Source of the DNA: Octopus vulgaris
Taxonomy: Eukaryota
Length of the DNA stretch: 64,000 bases
NCBI GenBank assembly: GCA_951406725.2
Contig: OX597814.1
Span: forward strand, 29,264,001-29,328,000
Direction: 5' to 3'
Positions 36,532 through 49,598 of this stretch are shown one piece after another (positions within the stretch are counted from its first letter, which is position 1; every line of letters starts with the position of its first letter). The translations under genes were made by a program, and so were the position numbers. The notes beneath the pieces are model-generated. The model saw nothing but the letters and a program-made list of their open reading frames with translations, was not told the DNA's origin and did no database searches.

Positions 36532-38249
36532 GTACAGCTTCACCGCACATGACAGACACCCTATTCAATAACCATCCAATAAAACATGATTCACACTAAA
36601 CACACTCTGCAGGATTATCACCAAAGAATATAATGCACCATATAATCTGCACAATCATGACCCAATAAAATGCACAAAACATACCCTTATATAATCAATA
36701 TCCCACACTGCGGCATCAACAATTGATATAATTCGTTTTCTGTTCAATGCTTCTCAACAAAATATTACAACTCATATTACACATACTCTGCACAATGGAC
36801 AAGACACTAAGTTAACAGCAGAAATAAACAGAAACTAAATCCTACGAACACAGCGAAACTGATACAAATACAGTCCAACATTGCCAAAAGACCATGCTGC
36901 ACACCTCAGACACACGGGGATGCACTTGAAGGGACAATAGGAATTAGCAAAAAACTCTTGAAGCCATGATGACATCGACAACAATGACAACGATAACAAC
37001 TACAAGGCCCACTTTTTTGCTAATATCACAGCTTTTACCTGATTAGACATTGATCTGATGAGACTAATACGAGGTACCCGTCCATTTTTCATGAGTTCCC
37101 TCTTCGTAGTCATCTATGCCCTCTCAGAAAGTTCCTGCTGTTTCCAGATCCCTTCTTCTCCTGGCAATGTCCGTCTTCAATCTATTTCTTAAATACGTTA
37201 TTCATCGTTTGATCATTAATGCCAGAAAATTGACTTATAGTGAATCTCTGTCGTTCAACGATGACGATTCAGTTGTTCGATCAAACGAATTTACTACTCC
37301 TGAATGAACGTGTAAGTGGCTGAGCATTCAACAGTCATAGGTACACAGTTTCTGTTAACTTAATTTGACTCACATTCACAAGGTGGGCTCAAACCCGAAA
37401 TCACGTGTTTGCGAAGAGAACATCTTCACCGTTCGTCTATACTGCGTGTACAGTATGCCTGTGGCATACGTGTCAAAAAGAGAAAGAAAAAGAGAAAAGG
37501 AAGACTGTATATGTTGGAAAAAGATGAGATGAAACAAAGAATGTGTGTATGTGTTTTTGTATGCGTGTGTATATGATAGAGAGAAATGAAAACAGAAGAA
37601 TACAGGAGGAAAAAGAAACGAATAAATTAGTGAATGATTTGTGAGCTTGGAATAAGAAAACAAAAACGAAAAGAAAGAAAGAGAAAAGTAAAAAGAAGGT
37701 AAAAAGAGAAGAGAGAAAGAAAACCCAAGAGATGAAAAAAGATCAAACGAAGGAAGAACAAAAAGAAGAGATGAGAAGAATTAGTATGGAGGAGGTGGAG
37801 GAGGAGAGGAAGATGAGGTGAAGAAGAAGAAGAAGAAGAAGAAGAAGAAGACAGAGAGAGAACTGAAAAAGAGAGCGTAAGAAGTAAATTGTGTGTGGGA
37901 GGGATATAGAAGTCAAACGAGAGAATATAAAAATATAGAAAATATACAGAGGAGAAACGACGAGAAGGGGAGATAAATAGAAAGGGAAAAAGAGAATTGC
38001 AACAAAAGTAAGAGAGAGAAAGAAAGAATATTAGATTAGAAGATTCAGTGGGCGGGAGTAACAAATAGGAAAGATAAAGAGAATGAGAGGGAGGGGGGAG
38101 AGTAAAAGATAGCATAATGAGGTAACAAACACGAGGGAAAACATGGATGATATCATTGGATAATGTATGAGATAAATTATACCTTAAGAAAAATTACTGG
38201 ATAGTCACGACTGGAACGCGTTTGATCATAGGTCTGTTTGACAGGAAGT

Positions 38250-38995
38250 GAAGGCGCATAACTTAGTGGCTAAGATATTCAGCTTAAGATCGCAGGTCGT
38301 GAGTTCGCTTCCTGACATGCGTTGTGTCCTTGAGCAAGACACTCTATTTCACGTGGTTCCAGTCGACCCTGCTGGCAAAAATGAGTTGTACCTGTAATTC
38401 AAAGGGCCAGCCTTGTCGCATCCTGTGTCACGATAAATCTTCCTGAGAACTACATTACGGGTATACGTGTCTGTAAGGCGGCGAGCAGGCAGAATCGTTA
38501 GCACGCCGGGCGAAATGCTTAGCAGTATTTCATCTGCCTTTACGTTCTGAGTTCAAATTCCGCCGAGGTCGACTTTGCCTTTCATCCTTTCTGGGGCGAT
38601 TAAATAAGTACCAGTTACGCACTGGAGTCGATATAATAGACTTAATCCGTTTGTCTGTCCTTGTTTGTCCTCTCTGTGTTTAGCTCCTTGTGGGTAGTAA
38701 AGAAATAGGTATTTCGTCTGCCGCTACGTTCTGAGTTCAAATTCCGCCGAAGTCGACTTTACCTTTCATCCTTTCGGGATCGTGAAATTAAGTACCAGTG
38801 ACGCACTGGGATCGATGTAATCGACTTAATCCGTTTGTCTGTACTTGTTTGTCCCCTATATGTTTAGCCCCTTGTGGGTAGTAAAGAAACAGGTATACGT
38901 GTCTGTGGGATGCTCAGCACGTTGATTTCACAAGCAGGCTGTTCCGTTGATCGGATCAACTGGAACACTCGTCGTCGTAACCGATGGAGTACCAG
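38250..38995 (+). mobile_element. Diverged family B-related SINE containing a nested family C SINE (38476-38891)
   Basis: TSD GGTATACGTGTCTGT at 38460-38474 and 38892-38906; the host SINE continues afterwards. Confidence 0.8.
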
Positions 38996-39289
38996 TTTAA
39001 TAGAGGTTCATAACAATGACATACGAGTAAAGGGTGAAAATGCACTGTTCTTGTGTAATTCTATTCACATATAAGATGTCTTACGATAACATTAAATAGA
39101 CCGCAGTATTTGACTGGTACTTTGTTTATTATCGACCTTGGAAGGATAAAAGTTAAAGTTGACCTCTATGGGATTTGAACTCAGTACGTAATGAGCCATA
39201 ACTAGATGTGACATGCTGAAGTTTCTTCTAATCGATTAGATATGTAAGAAATACATGAAGCAACAGGGAGAAAGAAAGAAAGAAATAAT

Positions 39290-39345
39290 GAATGTATGAA
39301 TGAATGAATGAATGAATGAATGAATGAATGAATGAATGAAAGGAA

Positions 39346-39395
<50 letters not shown>

Positions 39396-39475
39396 AAAAA
39401 AGAAAGAAAGAAAGAAAGAATGAAAGAAAGAGAAAGAAAGAAAAAATAAATGAATGAATGAATGAAAGGAAGGAA

Positions 39476-39516
<41 letters not shown>

Positions 39517-39542
39517 GAAAGAAAGAAAGAAAGAAAGAAAGA
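39290..39542. repeat. (GAAT)n(GAAA)n microsatellite
   Basis: Seen directly. Confidence 0.95.
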
Positions 39543-40090
39543 GGAAAATCAAAAGCCACGCAAATTGAAATAAGTTGTATATATAAGAGTAAAATAGATT
39601 TGGTTATTTATGGTGAGTTTGGTTTATCGATTGGTTATGTCTTTAGTCATATAATGTTCTTGAGAAAGGCATTAACGACACAGCATCTGTTTTTCGATAT
39701 CCAATTAATCCCCATCCTTAACCAAATCCCCAAATGTTTTCCTTTCCAATATGAAAAATCTGGGTGTTTTGTCAGTTTTTCTTTTTTCTTTTTCTTTTTT
39801 TTTTTTCTTTTTCTTGCTGCGTTTAGCGAGTCAATTTGAAGGATTTATTACACTTCATTGATCTATCGAATGAATTAGAATAACATCGGAGTCAAAGAGA
39901 TATCCAGAACTAATAGAAATATAAAAAGAGAAAGAGAGAGAGCGAGAGAGATCACTCTCAAGAATACACAGTATATGCATACATAATATGCGCATGCATA
40001 AAAAAATCATACTAACATATCCACTAATACATTTGTTTATGGTTCGTTTTTGTTGTATACATAGAAATATATATATACATACATACATAC

Positions 40091-40159
<69 letters not shown>

Positions 40160-40160
<1 letters not shown>

Positions 40161-40368
40161 ACCGCGTGTGTACCGTTGGCGATGTTTTTACCTCCGTCTT
40201 CCCTTCTTTGGATCTTTCCTTTTCCTATGTTTCTGACAAAGAGCTCCGCTCGAAACGTTAAACCCTCCTTTTTTCCTTCTTTCCTGAGCGTCCAATAATA
40301 CTATACTTGTTCCACGTCCTCGCGTTGTTGTGTTTTCTCTTTGTGTTTTCATGTTTGGATTAACTTTA
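40160..40368 (+). mobile_element. Short dispersed repeat with a hammerhead-like core (probably Penelope-derived)
   Basis: CTGACAAA-GAGC-TCC-GCTC-GAAACGTTA. Related copies at ~41090-41300 (-), 42700-42885 (+), 45070-45235 (-), 48225-48430 (-) and 56081-56345 (-). Confidence 0.55.
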
Positions 40369-40381
40369 TATATATATATAA

Positions 40382-40437
<56 letters not shown>

Positions 40438-40585
40438 TAATATTCGCTCATACATAAACGCATAGATACATTCAAACATTCACACACTCTTTTGTATTGT
40501 ATATAGCTATATCTATGTGTGAGTGTGTGTGTAGTATGTATTTATATGTGCGTGTATACTTCCCATTCCCACCCGTGCACACACA

Positions 40586-40628
<43 letters not shown>

Positions 40629-41509
40629 TTTGTCAATTTTGATTTTCCCATCAACTGGAGCAAGACCTAGACAAAATATTATAATACTTGTAGGGACCAC
40701 TGAGTAAAAAGTGAATGCTTTCACAACAATAACGGACACTCTGGCCAGAAATAGCTTCTGAACCTAGAACAAGCAGGTAAACACTAAAATTGCAAGGCAA
40801 CATAGTATAAAAGATATAAAGAAACTCATAACTTTGGGAAGAAATTAAAACCCTTCAGCAAGCAGTATAAAGAGCTTCTATCGAAAAAGAAAGATCTGGT
40901 GGGTCATGCCTGGTAACTTTTGTGAATACTCAGAAGAACGGAATTAACTCAAAGACAGAGGAAGGATACAAAATGGCTTAGTTCAGCAAAGACTCATTTA
41001 TATTCGCCTAAACACTGATGTGTGAAACTAAATCCCGAAAATTGATGTGTATATATATGTATAAATATATATATATAATTAATTGCCCCACCACCGTAAA
41101 AAGAAGAAAAAACACAAGAGAAAACAACAACGCGAGGACGTAGTACATGCAAAGAAGAAAAAGAAGCTCGGGGAAGGAAAGAAAGGTTGTTTTACGTTTC
41201 AAGCAAAGCTCTTCTTCAGAAAAAGGAGACAGAGATAAGTCCAAGAGAAAAGAAGACGGTGGAAAAATAATCGCCAACAATCCACATGTAGTTACATATC
41301 TATGTATAAATGCATATATGTACGGTGTCACTGAAGAGGTCACAGATGTGTGACGAAAGATTTCCGGACAATGAACATGACTTAAAAATAAGAACAGTAA
41401 TAAACGAGTGACGAACGAATATATAATGCGTGTGTTTATTTGGCAAAAAAATGACCATCCCGAAATACAACAGTATATATCTGTATATATGTATATGTAT
41501 GTATGTATG

Positions 41510-41815
41510 TGGAGGCGCAATGACCCAGTGGTTAGGGCAGCGGACTCGCGGTTGTAGGATCGCGGTTTCGATTCCCAGACCGGGCGTTGTGAGTGTTTAT
41601 TGAGCGAAAACACCTAAAAGCTCCACTAGGCTCCGGCAGGGGGTGGTGATCCCTGCTGTACTCTTTCACCACTCTTTCTCTCACTCTTTCTACTGTTGGC
41701 CTGCTCGCTTAGCCAGCGGGGTGGCGTCATTCGAAGGCTAAAACAATGCGAACGCATTGTGACCAGCGATGTATAACTACATCTGATGGCCTGGTCGGTC
41801 ACGTGATCACGTGAT
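41510..41815 (+). mobile_element. SINE family B variant with an alternative 3' tail
   Basis: Family B head, then tail GGCCTGCTCGCTTAGCCAGCGG...GGTCGGTCACGTGATCACGTGAT. The tail also occurs at 48939-49022. Confidence 0.8.
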
Positions 41816-42042
41816 GTATGTATGTATATATATATATATAGTGAGAGAGAGAGGGGGGAGAGAGAAAGCGAGAGAGGAGTGGAATTCTTTTTGGAACAGC
41901 GAATCTATAATCACCTAAAACTATAAATAATAGCATGTAAATATTGGGTTACAAAACTCTTATAGATACAAAAGATAGAAAGGTGTCCGTGGAACTTGAG
42001 CTTATACCTTCGACTTTTTCTATCCGATATTAATGAGCTTTT

Positions 42043-42580
42043 AAGGCGGCGAACTTGCAGAAACGTTAGCACGCCGGGCGAAATGCGTAGCCGTATTTCG
42101 TCTGCTGTTACGTTCTGAGTTCAAATTCCGCCGAGGTCGACTTTGCCTTTCATCCTTTCGGGGTCGATAAATTAAGTACCAGTTACGCACTGGGGTCGAT
42201 GTAATCGGCATAATACCTATGTCTGTCCTTGTTTGTCCCCTCTCTGGGTAGTAAAGAAATAGGTATTTCGTCTGTCTTTATGTTCTGAGTTCAAATTCCG
42301 CCGAGGTCGACTTTGCCTTTCATCCTTTCGGGATCGATGTAATCGACTTAATCCCTTTGTCTGTCCATGTTTGTTCCCTCTGTGTTTAGCCCCTTGTGGG
42401 TAGTAAAGAAATAGGTATTTTGTCTCGGTTTAAGTTCTGAGTTCAAATTCCGCCGAGGTCAACTTTGCCTTTCATACTTTCAGGGTCGATGAATTAAGTA
42501 TCAGTTGCGTATTGGGGTCGATCTAATTGACTGGTCCCCTCCCCAAAAATTTCAGGCCTTGTGCCTAGAGTAGAAAAGAA
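42043..42580 (+). mobile_element. SINE family C (3 units)
   Basis: Head plus tandem bodies. Confidence 0.85.
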
Positions 42581-42890
42581 TATTTATAAGCTTTTATATC
42601 TTTATGTGCTTCAAGATCCACCGTTCAAAATATAAAAAGAATTATTTCACGTTCTCCCGAAATTTTATAAATTCTTATGACGCCAACAATTTGTAACCAC
42701 GCATGTACTGTTGGCGATTTTTATTTTCCTTCTTTGGACTTTCCCCTTTTGACTGTCCGACGAAGAGCTACGCTCGAAACATTTAAATTTCTCTCGTCTT
42801 ACTGAGCGTCAAACTAACAAATTCCTTGTGCACGTGCTCTTGTTGTTTGTTATTGTTAATTTTACTGTCCATTTATTTGATTCGACTATG

Positions 42891-42965
<75 letters not shown>

Positions 42966-43534
42966 GTCTAAGAGGAACCGAGTTAGTAAATGTTTTTATT
43001 CTCATTTCACTAAATTTATCTAGCTTCTGTGTTTCTAGCACATATTTCGCCTTAATGTACTGATATATGAATAATATATGGCTTGTGCTAGAAATACCAG
43101 CGATAATAATTAATTTTATTTTATCGCAATTTGAGTTGTTTACATATTTCTCGATAAATTTTGAGCGTTAGACAATATACCAGAAATCCCTAGTTTTGTC
43201 GGGACGTTCTGAGTCTGCGCAGTGATCTGATTAGTTAGAGAGAGCAAATCATTAGAAGCACATGCTTCTAGTGAGTTAGGATCTCAGAACAACAGGGCTC
43301 TTACCGATGAATTCTCCCTGAGCAAATAAATTATCTTTATTGCTGAAAAGAACGAAACTGCAGTCTAAGAGGAACCGAGTTAGTAAATGTTTTTATTCTC
43401 ATTTCACTAAATTTATCTAGCTTCTGTGTTTCTAGCACATATTTCGCCTTAATGTACTGATATATGAATAATATATGGCTTGTGCTAGAAATACCAGCGA
43501 TAATAATTAATTTTATTTTATCGCAATTTGACTT

Positions 43535-43540
<6 letters not shown>
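42966..43540 (+). mobile_element. 397-bp hammerhead-bounded repeat unit (1.4 copies), retrozyme- or Penelope pLTR-like
   Basis: 42966-43133 is repeated at 43363-43531, and the repeat begins at the GTC of the hammerhead motif. Confidence 0.65.
43298..43371 (+). ncRNA. Type I hammerhead ribozyme-like motif
   Basis: Stem I CTCTTA/TAAGAG, core CCGATGA, long stem II (TTCT..AGAA, AGCAA.TAAA/TTTATTGCT), GAAA, palindromic stem III CTGCAG, GTC cleavage triplet. Two deviations from consensus. Confidence 0.65.
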
Positions 43541-43594
<54 letters not shown>

Positions 43595-43795
43595 AAAGGT
43601 GTCAATTACAGCATCAATTGGGAGATCTTAGCCAAGTGTAAGCCTTACACCAACGGCTGTGGAAAGTGCGGTCTTTGTGATATGGAAAGATGGCTCATCT
43701 GGAAAAGCAGCTTAGACCCAATTACATGTCTAAATTCAAGAACTGAACTTTTGGGATCATGTCCACATATGGCTAAATATTTGTTACGTTTTTGA
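43595..43795 (+). pseudogene. Penelope-like element ORF C-terminus (GIY-YIG-associated Cys/His region), 5'-truncated
   Basis: Manual translation KGVNYSINWEILAKCKPYTNGCGKCGLCDMERWLIWKSSLDPITCLNSRTELLGSCPHMAKYLLRF* fits the PLE pattern WxIL..CxLC..E..I..LNxRxE...CxH..K. Confidence 0.75.
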
Positions 43796-44424
43796 TCCCC
43801 CCGCCCAAGATCACAGATACAACCTGCTTTTTATATTGTGTCCGCGTACAAGCATTTTATCTCTCTCTATTTTTTTTATATATTTTTACATATTTTTATA
43901 TATTTTTATGTATTTTTATTGTTTTATATATTTTTACATATTTTTTCTGTATATTACTTTTCACCCTGCATTTTTTCGTGTATGTGCGTATATAGACGTG
44001 TATATGAACATATTTGTGCGCGTATGGATATGTATATGCGTGGGTGTACATGTTTGTATTTCACGCGAGTGTGCGTGAACATATGCATATATAGCATATG
44101 CGTATTTAGACGTGTATATGAATATAATTGTGCGTATGGGTATGTGTACGTGTGTGCGTGTGCGAGTGAGCGGATATGTATATGTGTACATGTGTATGGT
44201 TGCATATATACGTGCACATATAGGTGTATGTGGGTGTTCATGCATGTGTTTCACGTGAGTGTGAGTGAGCATATGCATTTATGCATATGTACGTGGATGT
44301 GCATGCGCGCATGTGTATGTATGTACATGCGCGCATACGCGAATTCTATGAGCTTTTTATACTTTCTCCCTTTCGGGATTTTCCCTTTATTTAATGGTCA
44401 TTTTCATAGCATTTTTGTTTGTCT

Positions 44425-44488
44425 TAATAACTGACGAGATGTCGGAGCAGATTTCTGCCGCGACATCCGAAACTCGGAGTTCTATTAT
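44425..44488 (+). ncRNA. Hammerhead-like motif at the 3' end of the Penelope fragment
   Basis: CTGACGA-GATGTCG...CGACATC-C-GAAA-CTCGGAG-TT; stem I imperfect. Confidence 0.5.
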
Positions 44489-44520
44489 GGCAATCGAATA
44501 ATTGTCGCATATATATACAG

Positions 44521-44569
<49 letters not shown>

Positions 44570-44571
44570 TT

Positions 44572-44827
44572 CTCTAGTTTCAGCTCAGAGCTGCAGCCAT
44601 GCTGATGCACCGCCGTTTTGTGCTACACTGTTATTACGAAGAACCTCGTCTAATATGTGGCACTTGGTGAAGAATGGAGTTTGATATAGCTACTCTCATT
44701 TGCACCTCTTGCCGTGAGGTAGGTTCATCTGGGACTCTCGACAGGAAGATGTCCAGCTTTGATTTAAAAACCGCTACATCTACTTTGTGCAAGTTCCTCA
44801 AACTCTTTGGGAGAATATTAAAAAGCT
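44572..44827 (-). mobile_element. CR1/L2-group LINE 3' end, 5'-truncated
   Basis: LFNILPKSLRNLHKVDVAVFKSKLDIFLSRVPDEP...NSILHQ followed by tail GGCGGTGCATCAGCATGGCTGCAGCTCTGAGCTGAAAC. Confidence 0.8.
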
Positions 44828-44831
44828 ATAT

Positions 44832-44863
<32 letters not shown>

Positions 44864-44878
44864 ATATATATATAAAAT

Positions 44879-44955
<77 letters not shown>

Positions 44956-45287
44956 TATATATAATATATATATATATGTGTGTATGTATATGTATGTATG
45001 TATGTATATTTGTATGTATGTATAAACACCTGCTAGTTGTTTATACACATGTCTTCGTCTTTTGTTTTTCTGTGGAGTACAAACAAACAAATGTATTTGT
45101 ATAGCGATCAGGAATAGAAAAAGTCTTTTACGTTTCGAGCCTACGCTCTTCGACAGAAAGATACACAGAAAAAAAAAACAAGGAGAGAAACAAAGAGAGA
45201 AGAAAATGCGTGTAGGAGCTAACAGTCTATCATGGCGTCCTATATACATGCCTACCTACATGAATAAATTACACACACACACACACA

Positions 45288-45503
45288 CGAGGGGTGATGA
45301 AAAGTTCCTGGGTCTGGGTATAAGAAAATACAGGAGGATCAGTTAACTATGATTTTATTTAACATATACCCCTCTCAAATTCACACATTTATTGCAGCGG
45401 TCCATCTTTCTAATCCTGTAATAAAGGAACTTGGAAGGTTGGACCTCCAGCCAGGCCTTTCGCGATACCCTTAAAGCCAGGAACTTTTCAGCACCCCTCC
45501 TCG
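45288..45503. mobile_element. Mariner-type MITE
   Basis: TIRs GAGGGGTGATGAAAAGTTCCTGG / CCAGGAACTTTTCAGCACCCCTC; an inverted second copy lies at 55123-55336. Confidence 0.8.
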
Positions 45504-45547
45504 TATGTGTGTGTGTGTTTGTGTGTGTATATACGTGTATATATTGT

Positions 45548-45929
45548 GGAGGCGCAATGGCCCAGTGGTTAGGGCAGCGGATTCGCGGTCGTAGGATCGC
45601 GGTTTCGATTCCCAGACCGGGCGTTGTGAGTGTTTATTGAGCGAAAACACCTAAAGCTCCACGAGGCTCCGGCAGGGGATGGTGGTGATCCCTGCTGTAC
45701 ACTTTCACCACAACTTTCTCTCACTCTTACTTCCTGTTTCTGTTGTACCTTGTATTTCAAAGGGCCGGCCTTGTCACTCTCTGTGTCACGCTGAATATCC
45801 CCGAGAACTACGTTAAGGGTACACGTGTCTGTGGAGTGCTCAGCCACTTACACGTTAATTTCACGGGCAGGCTGTTCCGTTGATTCGGATCAACCGGAAC
45901 CCTCGTCGTCGTAACCGACGGAGTGCTTC
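45548..45929 (+). mobile_element. SINE family B
   Basis: Full-length match to the 26768 copy. Confidence 0.9.
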
Positions 45930-45989
45930 AAGATATACGTGTGTAGATTTTAAAATATCAATATACATACACATATATACATTTATATG

Positions 45990-45996
45990 TGTGTAC

Positions 45997-46037
<41 letters not shown>

Positions 46038-46483
46038 TTAGTGTAGGTATGTATTTATCTTTGTATATACATAAAATAATAAAACTGTATACGTTGTGTA
46101 CTTTATGTTATCAGTTGTTTAGGGTGTTTATCTCGGTCTTATATTTCCTTCTATTCGGTAAATATTTTAATACCTTCTCGTACACTATTCATTTCTCCTG
46201 TTACTTTATCTTCTGGTTAGGAATATTCAGTGTCCTATGCAATTACGATAGACAGTATTTGAGTCATTATAAGTTGGCTTAAAAACACGATTTTTATCGC
46301 AAATGATGTCTAAGTGCTGACCAGCCATATCAACTAAATACTTACCAACATATCCAAACAATCTATGATAGTTTTTTTTGTTTTTCTTTCTAATTTTTTA
46401 TGTACTTTTATACACAACAACTCTTACATTAGTATATATTAAAAAATTGTTTATGTGTGCATAGGTATATATATACATATATA

Positions 46484-46535
<52 letters not shown>

Positions 46536-46569
46536 CATAGATATTGATATAGATACATACATGCATACA

Positions 46570-46600
<31 letters not shown>

Positions 46601-46902
46601 TTACACATACACACACATAGACGTAATTATAAAGATAATAATCCCTGGATGGAATTTATAAAGTAATTTAAGATATGTGTGTTTGTGTTTGGGTGTGTGT
46701 GTGTTTGGGTGTGTGTGTGTGCGTATGTGAGTGTGTGTATACATACATATATACATATATGTACATATATATATACGATATATATATATACGTGTGTATG
46801 TATGTATCCATATATCTATACATACATATATATATTTATATATATATATGTATGTGTGTGTATGTGTGATCGTATGTATGTGTGAGCATGTATGTATGTA
46901 TG

Positions 46903-46934
<32 letters not shown>

Positions 46935-46937
46935 CAT

Positions 46938-46976
<39 letters not shown>

Positions 46977-47439
46977 TTAGTGTAGGTATGTATTTATCTT
47001 TGTATATACATAAAATAATAAAACTGTATACGTTGTGTACTTTATGTTATCAGTTGTTTAGGGTGTTTATCTCGGTCTTATATTTCCTTCTATTCGGTAA
47101 ATATTTTAATACCTTCTCGTATACTATTCATTTCTCCTGTTACTTTATCTTCTGGTTAGGAATATTCAGTGTCCTATGCAATTACGATAGACAGTATTTG
47201 AGTCATTATAAGTTGGCTTAAAAACACGATTTTTATCGCAAATGATGTCTAAGTGCTGACCAGCCATATCAACTAAATACTTACCAACATATCCAAACAA
47301 TCTATGATAGTTTTTTTTGTTTTTCTTTCTAATTTTTTATGTACTTTTATACACAACAACTCTTACATTAGTATATATTAAAAAATTGTTTATGTGTGCA
47401 TAGGTATATATATACATATATATATATATGTCTCTCTCC

Positions 47440-47478
<39 letters not shown>

Positions 47479-47507
47479 CATAGATATTATATAGATACAT
47501 ACATACA

Positions 47508-47538
<31 letters not shown>

Positions 47539-47760
47539 TTACACATACACACACATATATATGTAATTATAAAGATAATAATCCCTGGATGGAATATATA
47601 AAGTAATTTAAGATATGTGTGTTTGTGTCTGGGTGGGTGTGTGTTTGGGTGTGTGTGTGTGCGTATGTGAGTGTGTGTATACATACATATATACATACAT
47701 GTACATATATGTCCGTACGATATATATATATATATATATGCGTCTGTATGTATGTATCCA
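45990..47760. repeat. Tandem duplication, period ~940 bp
   Basis: ACATCTTAGTGTAGGTATG... at 46033 and 46972, near-identical apart from microsatellite lengths. Confidence 0.9.
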
Positions 47761-47769
47761 TCTATCTAT

Positions 47770-47806
<37 letters not shown>

Positions 47807-47812
<6 letters not shown>

Positions 47813-48192
47813 AGGATAGGAGTTATGAAAGTAACCCACTATGGGATATCAGTTATCCAATATACTGGTGATAAAGAACCCAAAATACTAAATACATAAA
47901 TGCTTTTAATTGCAATGCAATTAATTCATTCATTGTATTGAATGGGTGAAGGTAAAAAGTATTTTTACCGTAAATTCATAATACAAATAAGAAAATGGAG
48001 AAACAAATTCATTTCGATCATCAACTTACGGATATTTCAATTTCACATTATTCATTAATTATACAAATGGGAACATCAAAATCGAACAAAACAATATACA
48101 TCAATATGTAATATAATAATAGAAATAATACAAATAAACTGCTCCTTACAGCTGTTTCAGCCTATGATCAAGAGTCAATTCAATTTATATTG

Positions 48193-48227
<35 letters not shown>

Positions 48228-48429
48228 CGGGAAGGTTTACGAAAATAAACAAAAGACGAAGGCAGGTGGAGTACAAACAAACAAATGTATTAGTATGGCG
48301 CTCAGGAATAGAAATCGAACAAGTCTTTTACGTTTCGAGCCTACGCTCTTCGACAGAAAGATACACAGAAAAAGAAACCTGGAGAAACAAGGAGAGAAAA
48401 AAATGCGTGTAGGAGCTAACGATCTATCA

Positions 48430-48504
<75 letters not shown>

Positions 48505-48882
48505 AGGATAGGAGTTATGAAAGTAACCCACTATGGGATATCAGTTATCCAATATACTGGTGATAAAGAACCCAAATACTAAATACATAAATGCTTTTAA
48601 TTGCAATGCAATTAATTCATTCATTATATTGAATGGGTGAAGGTAAAAGTATTTTTACCGTAAATTCATAATACAAATAAGAAAATGGAGAAACAAATTC
48701 ATTTCGATCATCAACTTACGGATATTTCAATTTCACATTATTCATTAATTATACAAATGGGAACATCAAAATCGAACAAAACAATATACATCAATATGTA
48801 ATATAATAATAGAAATAATACAAATAAACTGCTCCTTACAGCTGTTTCAGCCTATGATCAAGAGTCAATTCAATTTATATTG

Positions 48883-48886
<4 letters not shown>
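47807..48886. repeat. Direct duplication of ~390 bp (47807-48196 and 48498-48886) bounded by (TA)n
   Basis: AAAGTAGGATAGGAGTTATG...TATATTGCC occurs twice. Confidence 0.9.
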
Positions 48887-48942
<56 letters not shown>

Positions 48943-49017
48943 CCTGCTCGCTTAGCCAGCGGGATGGCCAGCGTTGTGTAGCAACATCTGATAGCCTGGT
49001 CGGTCACGGTGATCACG

Positions 49018-49082
<65 letters not shown>

Positions 49083-49085
49083 TAG

Positions 49086-49216
49086 CTGTTAGCAGTTCGG
49101 CAAAAGAGACCGATAGAATAAGTACTAGGCTTACAAAGAATAAGTCCTGGGGTCGATTTGCTCGACTCAAGGCGGTGCTCCAGCATGGCCGCATTCAAAT
49201 GACTGAAACAAGTAAA

Positions 49217-49222
<6 letters not shown>
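49086..49222 (+). mobile_element. SINE family A 3' fragment
   Basis: Matches the family A tail. Confidence 0.8.
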
Positions 49223-49256
<34 letters not shown>

Positions 49257-49346
49257 GTACTCTATAAAAAGTATTGATTAATCATTTAGTCTAATATAAC
49301 TTGTTTTTAGAACCCGACATAAAAACATTTATACATACATACATAT

Positions 49347-49400
<54 letters not shown>

Positions 49401-49557
49401 ATATATATATATATATATGTAGATATATATAGATACATATTTATGCATACACACACACACACATACATATCTTTCTGGGGTCTCCCTCTCGGTGAGCACT
49501 CACACCAACCACTTATTGACTATAATCCCTCGAGAATTAAACTGCTCAACTATATGC

Positions 49558-49598
<41 letters not shown>

